Positions 1 to 8,941 of a stretch of DNA of 47,109 nt are shown one piece after another. Below the pieces are notes generated by a model that was given only the letters and a program-made list of their open reading frames with translations, did no database searches and was not told the DNA's origin. The DNA comes from Gemmatimonadaceae bacterium (GTDB taxonomy: Bacteria; Gemmatimonadota; Gemmatimonadetes; Gemmatimonadales; Gemmatimonadaceae). Within the stretch, counting starts at the first letter, position 1. Every line of letters begins with the position of its first letter. A program made the position numbers and the translations under genes. The stretch lies in NCBI GenBank assembly GCA_033763905.1, contig JANRJP010000133.1, forward strand, positions 1 through 47,109, in the 5' to 3' direction.

Positions 1-300
1 TCGGCCAAGCCGCTGGTGATGTGGCGGCTGATTCAGCTCATCGACACGGCCCGGTTGCCGGGCACGCAATGGCCGGATCTCACGGACGAATTCCGTGACG
101 CGCACGGCGGGGCACCTGCCGAGGCGGCGGCCTTCGTGGAAGTCACGTCAGATCTGTATCCAGGGCTCGAGGCCCACTACCGGCATCGCGCCGAGCAGTG
201 GCTGGCGAGAAATCGCGGGAATGTGACCCCGCTGGATTCGGTGCGGGGGTGGTCCGACGGTGACCGCGATGACTCCGACGAGGAGCCCTGGGCCGGATGA
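1..300 (+). CDS. Hypothetical protein, 5'-truncated by the window edge
   Basis: Frame is open from base 1 to TGA at 298-300, and the stop overlaps the next ATG (ATGA). No family recognised. Confidence 0.55.
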   Translation, partial: SAKPLVMWRLIQLIDTARLPGTQWPDLTDEFRDAHGGAPAEAAAFVEVTSDLYPGLEAHYRHRAEQWLARNRGNVTPLDSVRGWSDGDRDDSDEEPWAG

Positions 301-1571
301 GCGCGATGCCACTGCGGGAAGAGCCGCTCAGCGACGCGCAGGATTCGGCTGGCGTCCAGGTCTATGTGGCGCGGCAGCCGCTGTTCAATGCCGAGAACCA
401 GCTGATCGGCTACGAGCTGTTATACCGGAACGATGGCGCGGCGGCGGGAGCCTCCGGCGTGTCTGATCGCGCGATGTCTACCGAGACCGTACTGCGATCG
501 GTCATCGGGATGGGGTTGCCGCAGTTGACGGCTGGCACGCCGGCGTGGATCAACTTCACCGGTGAGCTGATCAAGGAGCGCGTGTACGAGCTCTTGCCGA
601 AAGAGCAGGTGGTCATTGAGGTGCTCGAGACGGCCGTCGTCGACGATGCGCTGTTGCAGGAACTCGCGCGCATGCAGCACCACGGCTGGCGGGTTGCACT
701 CGATGACTTCGTGCTGTCGCCCGGGACCGCGCGCTTGGTGGAGTACGCGCAGTTCCTGAAGGTGGACGTGCTGGGCCTGACGCCGGACCGCATTGCGGAG
801 CTCGGCGGGTTGATGAGCGGGTGGCGAAAGACCCTGCTCGCGGAACGGGTCGAGACCCGCGAGGTGCGGGAGCAGTGCGCCGCCGCGGGATTCGCCCTGT
901 TTCAGGGGTACTACTTTTCGCGGCCCCAGTTGGTCGCCAAGAAGGTGCTGCCCACGGCACAGATCGCGGCGATGCGCCTGGTGCAGCAGTTGCGCGATCC
1001 GAAGACCCGCGACGCCGAGATCATCGCCACGGTGGGGAGCGACGTCGCGCTGACGTACAAGCTGCTCCAACTCGTGAACAACGCGGCCACTGGTGGTCGG
1101 GGCGTCCAATCGCTGGAACACGCGCTGCGATTGCTCGGCCGTCAGGCACTCGCACGATGGGTGTCGTTGCTGCTCGTCTCGTCCCTGGTGACCGGCGACG
1201 GCACCTCGCGCGAGGTGGCGCACATCTCGATGCGCCGTGCGCGCTTTGCCGAAAGCGTCGCGAGGTCGTTGGGGCGCGACGACGGCGGCGTGACGTTCCT
1301 CGTGGGGCTGTTCTCGATGCTCGATGCGCTGCTGCAGATGCCGATGGCGGAGGCGATCGAGCCGTTGGATCTCGCGCCGGAAGTTCGCTCGGCGCTCGAA
1401 TCCGGCACCGGTCCGCACGCGGCGCTGCTCAAGCTGGCGGAATCGTTCGAGCGCGGGAATTGGAGCGATGTGGATCTGCGCTGCGAAGCGCTCGGGCTCG
1501 AGCGGGATACGCTGCTTGCTGGCTACACGGAAGCCGAGCACTGGGCCTTCGAGCAACTGCTGCGGGCGTAA
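297..1571 (+). CDS. EAL + HDOD domain protein (YuxH/PdeH-like c-di-GMP phosphodiesterase)
   Basis: VARQP, YELLYR, EVLE, ALDDF, KVD, AERVET and FQGYYF EAL motifs, followed by an HDOD region (DVALTYKLLQLVN, FLVGLFSMLD). Confidence 0.9.
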   Translation: MSAMPLREEPLSDAQDSAGVQVYVARQPLFNAENQLIGYELLYRNDGAAAGASGVSDRAMSTETVLRSVIGMGLPQLTAGTPAWINFTGELIKERVYELLPKEQVVIEVLETAVVDDALLQELARMQHHGWRVALDDFVLSPGTARLVEYAQFLKVDVLGLTPDRIAELGGLMSGWRKTLLAERVETREVREQCAAAGFALFQGYYFSRPQLVAKKVLPTAQIAAMRLVQQLRDPKTRDAEIIATVGSDVALTYKLLQLVNNAATGGRGVQSLEHALRLLGRQALARWVSLLLVSSLVTGDGTSREVAHISMRRARFAESVARSLGRDDGGVTFLVGLFSMLDALLQMPMAEAIEPLDLAPEVRSALESGTGPHAALLKLAESFERGNWSDVDLRCEALGLERDTLLAGYTEAEHWAFEQLLRA

Positions 1572-1590
1572 GCCCGGTCGCCATACGTCG

Positions 1591-1622
1591 AACGCCGATT
1601 CGTGCGAGCACGAATCGGCGTT
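1591..1622. terminator. Perfect inverted repeat between convergent EAL-HDOD and motB genes; probable bidirectional terminator
   Basis: AACGCCGATTCGTGC-GA-GCACGAATCGGCGTT, extendable with flanking ATACG/CGTAT. Confidence 0.7.
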
Positions 1623-1643
1623 TCGCGTATCCGGTGGTGGCGG

Positions 1644-2501
1644 TCAGCTGATCGGCTTCGGGGCCACGATCTCCGGCGGAACCGAATCGGGCAGCGACAA
1701 CGGCGGCTTGGCAGGCGCATCCGGAATGACGGTGAAGGGCAGCAAGAGCGAGATGCGCCGATTCTGCGGTGCGGAAGGATCGTCCTTGACGCGCAACCGC
1801 TTGTCGGCGTAGCCCCGGACTTCGGCAATCCGAAGTGGCGAGATCCCTGATCCTTCGAGAACGCGCCGCGCGGCATTTGCCCGATCGGTCGACAACTCCC
1901 AGTTGGTGCGTCCGGCGCCGCCATAGTTCACGGCGTCGGTGTGGCCCTCCAGGATGATCGGATTCGACAGTTCGTTCAGTTCACCGGCGATCAACTGCAG
2001 GGCCAGCACCAGCGTCGGCTTCATCACGCTGGAACCGCTGGGAAAGAAATCGTTTCCATCGCCCCCTTCGACGACCTCGATGCGCAGGCCCTGCTCGGTC
2101 ATCGAGATCTCGATGATGGCGTTGCCAAGCCGGGCTTCGGCGTTGGCAATGGCCTGCTTGAGTCGCAGTTCGGCGTCGCCGAAGCGTTTCTCTTCGGCCG
2201 CACGCACGATCATCTTGATCGGCGGCTTGTTCACCTGGGCCGGCGAGTTGCCCGACGACAGAATGTTGTTGCCGGTGGAATAGCCCTTCTTGTAGCCGAC
2301 GGGATTGGAGAAGTAGCCCTCGATCGCCTCCTTCATCGAGTCTTCCATCCCGATGATCCACATCACCATGAAGAACGCCATCATCGCGGTCACGAAGTCG
2401 GCGTACGCGACCTTCCACGATCCGCCGTGGTGGCCGCCGTGACCGCCCTTCTTGACCTTCTTGATGACAATGGGCCGCTTGTGCTTGTCCTTCTGGGACA
2501 C
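1644..2501 (-). CDS. motB: Flagellar stator protein MotB
   Basis: WKVAYADFVTAMMAFF transmembrane motif with the conserved Asp; OmpA-like domain (EGHTD, NWELSTDRA, NRRI). GTG start. Confidence 0.96.
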   Translation of the reverse strand: MSQKDKHKRPIVIKKVKKGGHGGHHGGSWKVAYADFVTAMMAFFMVMWIIGMEDSMKEAIEGYFSNPVGYKKGYSTGNNILSSGNSPAQVNKPPIKMIVRAAEEKRFGDAELRLKQAIANAEARLGNAIIEISMTEQGLRIEVVEGGDGNDFFPSGSSVMKPTLVLALQLIAGELNELSNPIILEGHTDAVNYGGAGRTNWELSTDRANAARRVLEGSGISPLRIAEVRGYADKRLRVKDDPSAPQNRRISLLLPFTVIPDAPAKPPLSLPDSVPPEIVAPKPIS

Positions 2502-2502
2502 G

Positions 2503-3360
2503 TCAGGCTGCCTTCTTGCGGGTGAGGGCTTCGAGTTCGCTGAACGACGGGCGCTCGTGCGGTTCGATGTTGCGGCGCGCGAACTCCACCGCCGTCATCG
2601 GAGAGTCGCCGCGAGCGAATGAGAGCAGCGCCGTCTTGATGCAGAGCAGGTAGGCGTGCTCGGTGGCAATGCGACCTTCGATGGCCTTGGCCATCGGGCC
2701 GAACATCCCGTAGGCGAGGAGAATGCCGAGGAAGGTGCCGACGAGCGCGGCGGCGACCTTCTCGCCGATCTCCGAGGCCGCGCCACCGATCGAGCCCATC
2801 GTGATGATCACGCCGAGTACCGCGGCGACGATGCCGAAGCCGGGCATCGCGTCGCCGGTGGCGGTGATGGCCGCGGGGACCTGCATCGCTTCGTGGTGGT
2901 GCTGCTCCAGATCCTGATCGAGAATGTCGGACAGGTGGTGGTCCTCGACGGCACCGGTCAGGAGTACCTTGAGGGTGTCACAGAGCAGGTGCACGGCGTG
3001 GTGATTCGCCAGGAACGACGGGTACTTGCTGAAGATGTCGGACTTCTCGGGGTCTTCGATGTGGGACTCGAGACCGACGAGACCGTCCTTTCGGGCCTTC
3101 TGAAAGACGTCGTACAGGACCTGCAGCAGTTCGCCGTAGGCTTTGTTGTTGTACGGGTTCGGCTTGAGCAGTCCGATCAGGCCCGAAATCACACCCTTGA
3201 TGACGGATGGCGGATTGGCGACAATCAGCGCGCCGATCGCGGCACCACCAAGGATGATGAACTCGTTCGGCTGAATGAGCACCGCGATCTTGCCGTGGTG
3301 CATCACGTAGCCGCCGATGACGCTGCCGAAGACGACGACGAGGCCGATGATGAGAAACAC
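2503..3360 (-). CDS. motA: Flagellar stator protein MotA
   Basis: PGFGIVAAVLG, ALVGTFLGILLAYG, AVEFARR and RPSF motifs. Start trimmed to GTG at 3360 (VFLIIG...). Confidence 0.95.
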   Translation of the reverse strand: MFLIIGLVVVFGSVIGGYVMHHGKIAVLIQPNEFIILGGAAIGALIVANPPSVIKGVISGLIGLLKPNPYNNKAYGELLQVLYDVFQKARKDGLVGLESHIEDPEKSDIFSKYPSFLANHHAVHLLCDTLKVLLTGAVEDHHLSDILDQDLEQHHHEAMQVPAAITATGDAMPGFGIVAAVLGVIITMGSIGGAASEIGEKVAAALVGTFLGILLAYGMFGPMAKAIEGRIATEHAYLLCIKTALLSFARGDSPMTAVEFARRNIEPHERPSFSELEALTRKKAA

Positions 3361-3424
3361 GGGGAGTGGGCTGGACGCGGGGAAGGGGACGAACTGCCGG
3401 CAGCGGCGGGTCGTCGCCTCTTCA

Positions 3425-3452
3425 GTATCGGCCGACAGGGCGGTGGGGTTCA
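3425..3452 (-). promoter_or_regulatory. Putative sigma28 promoter for motAB
   Basis: Minus strand TGAA-N16-GCCGATAC; the -10 box is identical to the one upstream of flagellin. Confidence 0.5.
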
Positions 3453-3489
3453 CCGTGCCGGGACTGCCCGCTACGTGACGGAGGCCGCC

Positions 3490-4158
3490 GTGAGTGAGAC
3501 GACAGCGGAGCCGGACGACGTCGACACGTCCGAGCTGGCCAGTGCCTGGCTTCCAGCGGTCGAGCGACTCCAGCGCGGGTTGAACCACGCGCTCTCGAAC
3601 CGGGCGGCAGCGATCGCGGCAGTCGCCGCCGTCATCGAGGGCGATGATGTCGAGATGGTCGCGCGGCTTCGCGATGAAGGCGCCCAGCTGGATCGTCTGC
3701 TCCAGCTGATGCGGCTCCTGCCTCGGCATCGCAGCGCCGTGCCAGAGCCCGTGCGGCTGGCTGATCTCGTTGTGGATGTGACCGCGATCTGGGCTGAGCA
3801 TCCGGACTACCGGGAGCGGCCGGTCGAGGTGGTGTCATTCGAGGACGCCCCGCCCCTCCGGTGTCACCTGCAGGCGATGCAGCACGCGTTGCTGCTCGGC
3901 CTGACGCTGACCGCCGATGCTGGGGCACCGGTCCGGATGGAGGCCGCCTGGGATGACGCGGGTGTCACGATCGGGTTCGGCGACGCGGTGCCCGCGGCCG
4001 GCGCCGTGCCCGGCCGGGCCCTGACGCTCGGCGCGCGCGCCCTCTCTGCGATGCTGGCGCCGGACGAAGCCCTGGTGTGGAGCGCCGAGCGCCGAGCGCT
4101 GTGGCTCCGCCTCCCGACGCTGGCCGCCCTCAGGGCTCGCGCGAAGGCGAGGGCGTAG
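3490..4158 (+). CDS. Histidine-kinase-like protein with an H-box and a degenerate ATPase domain
   Basis: GTG start with GAGG upstream, inside ORF 2656..4158. RGLNHALSNRAAAI resembles a HisKA H-box. No N, G1 or G2 boxes. Confidence 0.6.
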   Translation: MSETTAEPDDVDTSELASAWLPAVERLQRGLNHALSNRAAAIAAVAAVIEGDDVEMVARLRDEGAQLDRLLQLMRLLPRHRSAVPEPVRLADLVVDVTAIWAEHPDYRERPVEVVSFEDAPPLRCHLQAMQHALLLGLTLTADAGAPVRMEAAWDDAGVTIGFGDAVPAAGAVPGRALTLGARALSAMLAPDEALVWSAERRALWLRLPTLAALRARAKARA

Positions 4159-4414
4159 GTGGCGTTGCCGTCGACGGCTTGGTCGACGGCGTGATACCGG
4201 CCTGCTCCAGGAACTTCGCGGCGGCGGCCGGCGACGCGGTGGCGCGGCGATTCTCGTCTTCGATCTGGTGGACGATTTCCCCGCGGAGGATCGAGACGTT
4301 CGGCGGCGCCTCGATGCCAAGCCGCACCCCGCGGCGATCGCAGGCAATGACCACGATCTTGATGCCGCCCTCGAGGACGATGGAGTCGCCTTCGCGACGC
4401 GAGAGAATGAGCAT
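4130..4414 (-). CDS. csrA: Carbon storage regulator CsrA, FliW-regulated type
   Basis: MLILSRREGDSI...VRLGIEAP.NVSILRGEI, plus a C-terminal extension containing ENRRA. Confidence 0.95.
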   Translation of the reverse strand: MLILSRREGDSIVLEGGIKIVVIACDRRGVRLGIEAPPNVSILRGEIVHQIEDENRRATASPAAAAKFLEQAGITPSTKPSTATPPTPSPSREP

Positions 4415-4422
4415 CCCGGAAC

Positions 4423-5961
4423 TTAGCGCACCAAGCCAGCCAGTTCCGCCGTCAGCTCCTGCACCAACGTCAGTACCTTCGCCGCCGCCTGGTACGCCTG
4501 CTGCGCGCGCGTGATGGCAATCAGTTCCTCATCGATCGAGACGCCGCTCACGCCTTGGCGACGGACGTCGGTCTGCTGCCGAAGCGTATCGCCGGCCTGA
4601 CGCTCGGCCTGCACTCGCGACGAGACGAGCCCGAGATCGGTGACGGCCGCGCGCCAGAAGTCCGCCATCGAACGCCCGTTCATTCCCGGCAGGTTCGTCG
4701 TCGCCGGCGGATTCGTGAGTCCGGTGTCGGTGTCGTCGATCATCACCGTGCCGCTCCGGAGCTCGGCGATGGCGAGCGCGATCGCGTTGTCGCCGACCTG
4801 CGGCACTTGGGCCGTGCCGTTCCAGCCGGCGCGGCCCGCCGACACCACGTTGACATCGGCGAGCACCTCATCGCTCAGCCGGATGTCGCGTGCGGTGACG
4901 GTAGGCGTAGCGCCGGGCACCGTGCCTGGTGGGGACTGGAAGAAGTCGACGCGCGAACCGCGGAGTGCGGCAGGCGTCGTCGGATCGTAATCCTCGCCCG
5001 GCAGATTCAACGCATCACCTGCGGCCGACCAGCCGGTGCGATGCCACCGGTTCACACCGTGCACCACGGCCGTCGCCACCTGATCGAGCTGGTCGCGCAC
5101 ATTGGCGATGTCGGTGTTGTAGAGCGTCAGAATCCCCTTGAGCGAGCCGGTGCGGATCGTGAGGGCTTCGTTCGAGCTTCCGATCGTGAGTCGCAGTTCG
5201 CCACCCACGAGCGTGGGCGCGTTGAGCGTCTTGTAGGTACCGCCGTCCACCAGCGTTTGACCGGCCACGACGACATTGACCGAGCCATCCGGATTCTTCA
5301 GAATCTCGGCGCCCGCCAGCGCCGAGAGCTCGTCGATCGCGCGGTCCCGCTGGTCGTTCAGCGGGCCACCCGCGCCACCGCCGACTTCCATCGGGATGAT
5401 GGCGTGGTTGAGATCGGCAATCTGCTTGACGAGCTGATTGAGGCGATCCGTCGCCTCGGTCGCACGCAGGTACGTCTCGTTCTCGATCGAGACCATCCGG
5501 GCGTCGGCGCCGTTGAGCCACGCGGCCACCTGCTGACCACGTTGACGGGTGATTTCGCGCGCCGCGCCGCTCGTGGGATTGTTCGCGAGGTCGCTCCACG
5601 CATCGGCGAACCGATCCAGCGTGGCCGCAAGGCCGTTCTCGCTGGGTTCCGCAAAGATCTCCTCGATGCGACCGAGGATGTCGGCGCGGGCCTCGGACTC
5701 GGCGGCAAAGGCGTGCTCGCGACGGAACGCGCCGTCGAGCAGCGTGCTACGAACGCGCACCAGTTGCGAGACGCTGACGCCCGTCCCGAGGGCGCCCTGC
5801 GGCGTGAGCCGGGGCGGCAACGGATTGAGCTCCGCCCGGACTCGGGTGTAGCCCTCGGTCTGCGCGTTCGCAATGTTGTTCGCCGCGACTTCGATCGCCA
5901 TCTGCTGCGCCCGAAGCGCCGTCGTGGCGATGCTCATAATGCCGCCGAAGGTCCCACTCAT
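4423..5961 (-). CDS. flgK: Hook-associated protein FlgK
   Basis: ANNIANAQTEGYTR N-terminus; GVSIDEE...QQAYQAAAKV C-terminus. Confidence 0.95.
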   Translation of the reverse strand: MSGTFGGIMSIATTALRAQQMAIEVAANNIANAQTEGYTRVRAELNPLPPRLTPQGALGTGVSVSQLVRVRSTLLDGAFRREHAFAAESEARADILGRIEEIFAEPSENGLAATLDRFADAWSDLANNPTSGAAREITRQRGQQVAAWLNGADARMVSIENETYLRATEATDRLNQLVKQIADLNHAIIPMEVGGGAGGPLNDQRDRAIDELSALAGAEILKNPDGSVNVVVAGQTLVDGGTYKTLNAPTLVGGELRLTIGSSNEALTIRTGSLKGILTLYNTDIANVRDQLDQVATAVVHGVNRWHRTGWSAAGDALNLPGEDYDPTTPAALRGSRVDFFQSPPGTVPGATPTVTARDIRLSDEVLADVNVVSAGRAGWNGTAQVPQVGDNAIALAIAELRSGTVMIDDTDTGLTNPPATTNLPGMNGRSMADFWRAAVTDLGLVSSRVQAERQAGDTLRQQTDVRRQGVSGVSIDEELIAITRAQQAYQAAAKVLTLVQELTAELAGLVR

Positions 5962-5964
5962 CGC

Positions 5965-6519
5965 TCAGCCCACCCGATTGACGAGGAAGCCGCCGCTCGG
6001 GCGGTCGGACATCGTCTTGGCCACCGGGTACGGCGTGGAGCCGTCGACGCCGAGCAACGTGCGCACGAACGTTTCGCCGTGCGCGAGCGCCGAGCGCAGA
6101 ACGCGCCGGTTGACCTCGACTTCGCGCTCGAGCGTGGCCGCCGACTGCCGCAGCGATTCGCGCGCCGTCTGCAGCGGATCCGGCAACGTGCCGCCGAGCA
6201 ATTCCTCGAGCTGTCGCAGCGCCAGGTCGTCGTTGTCGGCGATGAGTCGGTTGATCGACCGCCGCCGCTGGCGCGCCTGCCCCAACGTCAGTAGGACCCG
6301 ATGGGTCGCATAGACCGAGTCATCGACTTCCTCGAGATTGTCGGTCGACACGGCCGAACGCTGCCGCTGCATAATGGCGACCAGTTCGTCGAGCAGTCGG
6401 CTCTCGGAGCTGATCGCATCGGCCAGGGCATTGAGCATCGCCGGTGTCGCCACGGCGCGCCGCGTTCCCGGCCGCGCGGGATCTGCCGCCGGCTGACGCG
6501 CGGGCTGCGACTCGATCAC
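5965..6519 (-). CDS. flgN: Flagellar export chaperone FlgN
   Basis: Helical protein directly upstream of flgK with EVNRRVL motif. GTG start at 6519 overlaps the upstream stop, with GGAGG upstream. Confidence 0.75.
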   Translation of the reverse strand: MIESQPARQPAADPARPGTRRAVATPAMLNALADAISSESRLLDELVAIMQRQRSAVSTDNLEEVDDSVYATHRVLLTLGQARQRRRSINRLIADNDDLALRQLEELLGGTLPDPLQTARESLRQSAATLEREVEVNRRVLRSALAHGETFVRTLLGVDGSTPYPVAKTMSDRPSGGFLVNRVG

Positions 6520-6806
6520 GATCCGCCGCCTCCCAGCTGCGCGCGCAACTGACGAACCAGTGCATCCGTGAGCCCGTGCCCACCCCACTGCGCCGGTGTG
6601 GCCGTTGCCATCTGCTGGTCCATCAGGCCGGTGAACATCTCTTCGCCCGAGCCGCCGGACATCAGGCCGTCGTCGGGAATCGTGTCTCGCATCGCTTGGT
6701 AGAGTTGGGCGACAAACACCCCTTCGAGCTGCTGCGCGGTTTCCCGCAGCTTGGCATCGCGATCGTTCAGCGGTGGCACCGCCGGCCCGCTCGTCGGTTG
6801 GATCAT
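6516..6806 (-). CDS. flgJ: Single-domain FlgJ (rod-binding), no muramidase domain
   Basis: LRETAQQLEGVFVAQLYQAMRDT...EEMFTGLMDQQMA...GLTDALVRQL; 96 aa; follows flgI. Confidence 0.85.
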   Translation of the reverse strand: MIQPTSGPAVPPLNDRDAKLRETAQQLEGVFVAQLYQAMRDTIPDDGLMSGGSGEEMFTGLMDQQMATATPAQWGGHGLTDALVRQLRAQLGGGGS

Positions 6807-7888
6807 CGGATCACCACTTCAGCCGACAAGGCACCGACTTCCTTGAGTGACGACAGGATCGCGGCGATCTCACCCGGCGTGACCTGCACCGCGTGCAAGG
6901 CCGAGGCGACGCGCTGGACCGAGACGCCGGTCGGCAGGCGCACATCACCGCGCGTGGCGGTGCTGTCGGCGGCCTGGCCGATCGTCAGCGTGATCGGCCC
7001 GTGCGAGACCAAGGCTTCCCCGAGGACCAAGTCACCACCGGCGACGATCGTGCCGTCTCGGCCATCGATGACGACGCGCGTGGAGCGTTCGGGGCGCACC
7101 CGCAGGTTGCGAATCCGCGACAACGCCGCCGCGCGCTCGGTACCTTGCTCCTTGATGGTCAACGTGATGGCGCCCGCATCCTCGATTTCGGCGGTGCCCT
7201 TGCCGATGGCCGAATCGATCACGGCGGCAATGCGCGACGCCGTGGCGAGATCCGGTTCGCGCAGCATCAGCACACCGTCCTCGGCCAATGTCGGCCGCGG
7301 CAAGTCGCCTTCGATCACCCCGCCCTGCGGAATGCGGGCGGCCGTCTCGACCGGGCCACGCAAATCACGGGCGGACGAGCCATCGCTGATGAGCATCGTG
7401 CCTTGCGCGCTGGCCAGCGCGGGCCCGTTCGCTTCCGCGACGAGCGGTGTCACGAACAGCACCCCGCCCTTGAGCGAGCGGGCATCGCCAAGGGATGCCA
7501 CCTGCACATCGAATCGCCCACCGGCTCGCAGGAACGGCGAGACTTCAGCGGTGACCATTACCGCCGCAACGTTGCGCGGCTGGAGCACGTCGGCCGGCAC
7601 TTCGATGTTGAAGCGACGAAGCAGGTTCGCGACCGAGAGCACGGTCGCACCCATTCCGCGGCCTGCCATCGCGCGATCTCCCGATCCGTCGAGGCCGACG
7701 ACGAGCCCGTAGCCGATCAGGCGAATCGGCGTCGCGCCTTGCGCGATGGTCAGATCGCGAATGCGGACGTCTTGCGACTGTGCGTCTCTCGGCAGCATCA
7801 CGCCGATCAGGAACGCGCCGATCACCCACCAGAGGGCAATGCGCATCCGAAGGCGGCTGTCGTGACGGTCGGGACGGATATACATCAC
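6803..7888 (-). CDS. flgI: P-ring protein FlgI
   Basis: RIRDL...LIGYGLVVGLDGSGD, NVAAVMVTA, SLGDARSLKGG and GALSAE motifs; N-terminal signal peptide. Confidence 0.96.
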   Translation of the reverse strand: MMYIRPDRHDSRLRMRIALWWVIGAFLIGVMLPRDAQSQDVRIRDLTIAQGATPIRLIGYGLVVGLDGSGDRAMAGRGMGATVLSVANLLRRFNIEVPADVLQPRNVAAVMVTAEVSPFLRAGGRFDVQVASLGDARSLKGGVLFVTPLVAEANGPALASAQGTMLISDGSSARDLRGPVETAARIPQGGVIEGDLPRPTLAEDGVLMLREPDLATASRIAAVIDSAIGKGTAEIEDAGAITLTIKEQGTERAAALSRIRNLRVRPERSTRVVIDGRDGTIVAGGDLVLGEALVSHGPITLTIGQAADSTATRGDVRLPTGVSVQRVASALHAVQVTPGEIAAILSSLKEVGALSAEVVIR

Positions 7889-8499
7889 GGCCAGAGCATC
7901 CCGAGCACCTTGGATACGATGCCCTGCTTGGGTTTGCCGAGTTGGCCGGCGAGCTTGTACTCGAGTCGCAACTCGCCGACGCGGGCCGACTCCACCTGGT
8001 TGAAGGCGCCGATGTCCTGCGGTCGGATGAAGCCGGACATCACGACTTCCTGCTTGTTCTTGTCGATGTCGAGCAGCTTCTTGCCCTCGACGCGCAGGAC
8101 GCCGTTGGGCAGGATCTCGACGACGCGCACCGTCATCTCGGATTGAAACCGGTTCTGCCGGGTTGCTTCGCCACGCTGGGTCTGTTCGCCGTTGTTGGTG
8201 CTGCTGAAGCCGACCGATCCCGACGTGGTCGAGCCCGGCATCCGCAGCGAGAGGCTCGCGTCCTTCTGGCCCCGCGTGTTGTTGATGTTGGAGTTGCCGA
8301 GGTTCGCGGAGGCCAGCGTGAACTCATCGACCATCACGGTGATGACATCGCCGGCCACGAAGGCCCGGCGATCGCTGATGAAGGACTGCCGCGTGCGCAC
8401 GGGCGCCGGAGCGGCGGCGGAGTCAGCCTCGTCCTGCGCCGCGAGCGGGGCGGCGAGGAGGAGGGCAGCACCCCCAAGGAGGAAGGCGCGTGTGATCAC
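7885..8499 (-). CDS. flgH: L-ring protein FlgH
   Basis: DRRAFVAGDVITV, VVEILPNGVLRVEG and SGFIRPQDI motifs; position between flgA and flgI. Confidence 0.92.
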   Translation of the reverse strand: MITRAFLLGGAALLLAAPLAAQDEADSAAAPAPVRTRQSFISDRRAFVAGDVITVMVDEFTLASANLGNSNINNTRGQKDASLSLRMPGSTTSGSVGFSSTNNGEQTQRGEATRQNRFQSEMTVRVVEILPNGVLRVEGKKLLDIDKNKQEVVMSGFIRPQDIGAFNQVESARVGELRLEYKLAGQLGKPKQGIVSKVLGMLWP

Positions 8500-8939
8500 G
8501 GCAGGACGACCAGTCGCGGTGCGGTGAGCGTGCCTTCGAGTCGACGCTTGGCGTCGACGCGGACCGCGACCTTGTCGCCAATCGACGCGCTCTGCAGCGC
8601 GGTGCCACGCAACGCGAGGGTGACCCCGCCGCTGCGACGCACGGCCTTCACGGTGTCGCCGGGCAGGAGGTCGACTGGTGGCGTCACCGAGGGTTCGCGC
8701 AGCGGTTCCCCCGCCGCGATCAGGCGGCGGGAGATCCAGCCCGACACCGGGCGACGCGCCATCGGCCGTTCGCCCGCGGTCGCCGGCACCTCGGCGATAT
8801 CGTCATCGGTCAGGATCCGGCCGCGCGGAATCACGCGGGCCGCGACGGGGGTCGTCGCTGCGGCGGACTCTTGCGCCGCGATCGGCGGCACGACGGCCGC
8901 GGTAAACGCGAAGGCCACGAGAGCGGACATTGGACGCAT
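8496..8939 (-). CDS. flgA: P-ring chaperone FlgA (short, SAF-type)
   Basis: Signal peptide; VAARVIPRGRILT and GTALQSASIGDKVAVR; position between flgG and flgH. Confidence 0.85.
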   Translation of the reverse strand: MRPMSALVAFAFTAAVVPPIAAQESAAATTPVAARVIPRGRILTDDDIAEVPATAGERPMARRPVSGWISRRLIAAGEPLREPSVTPPVDLLPGDTVKAVRRSGGVTLALRGTALQSASIGDKVAVRVDAKRRLEGTLTAPRLVVLP

Positions 8940-8941
8940 AC

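Noticed and set aside
3361..3801. N-terminal extension of MotA in the ORF track
   Set aside because: It overlaps the divergent gene and promoter region. MotA homology starts at GTG 3360.
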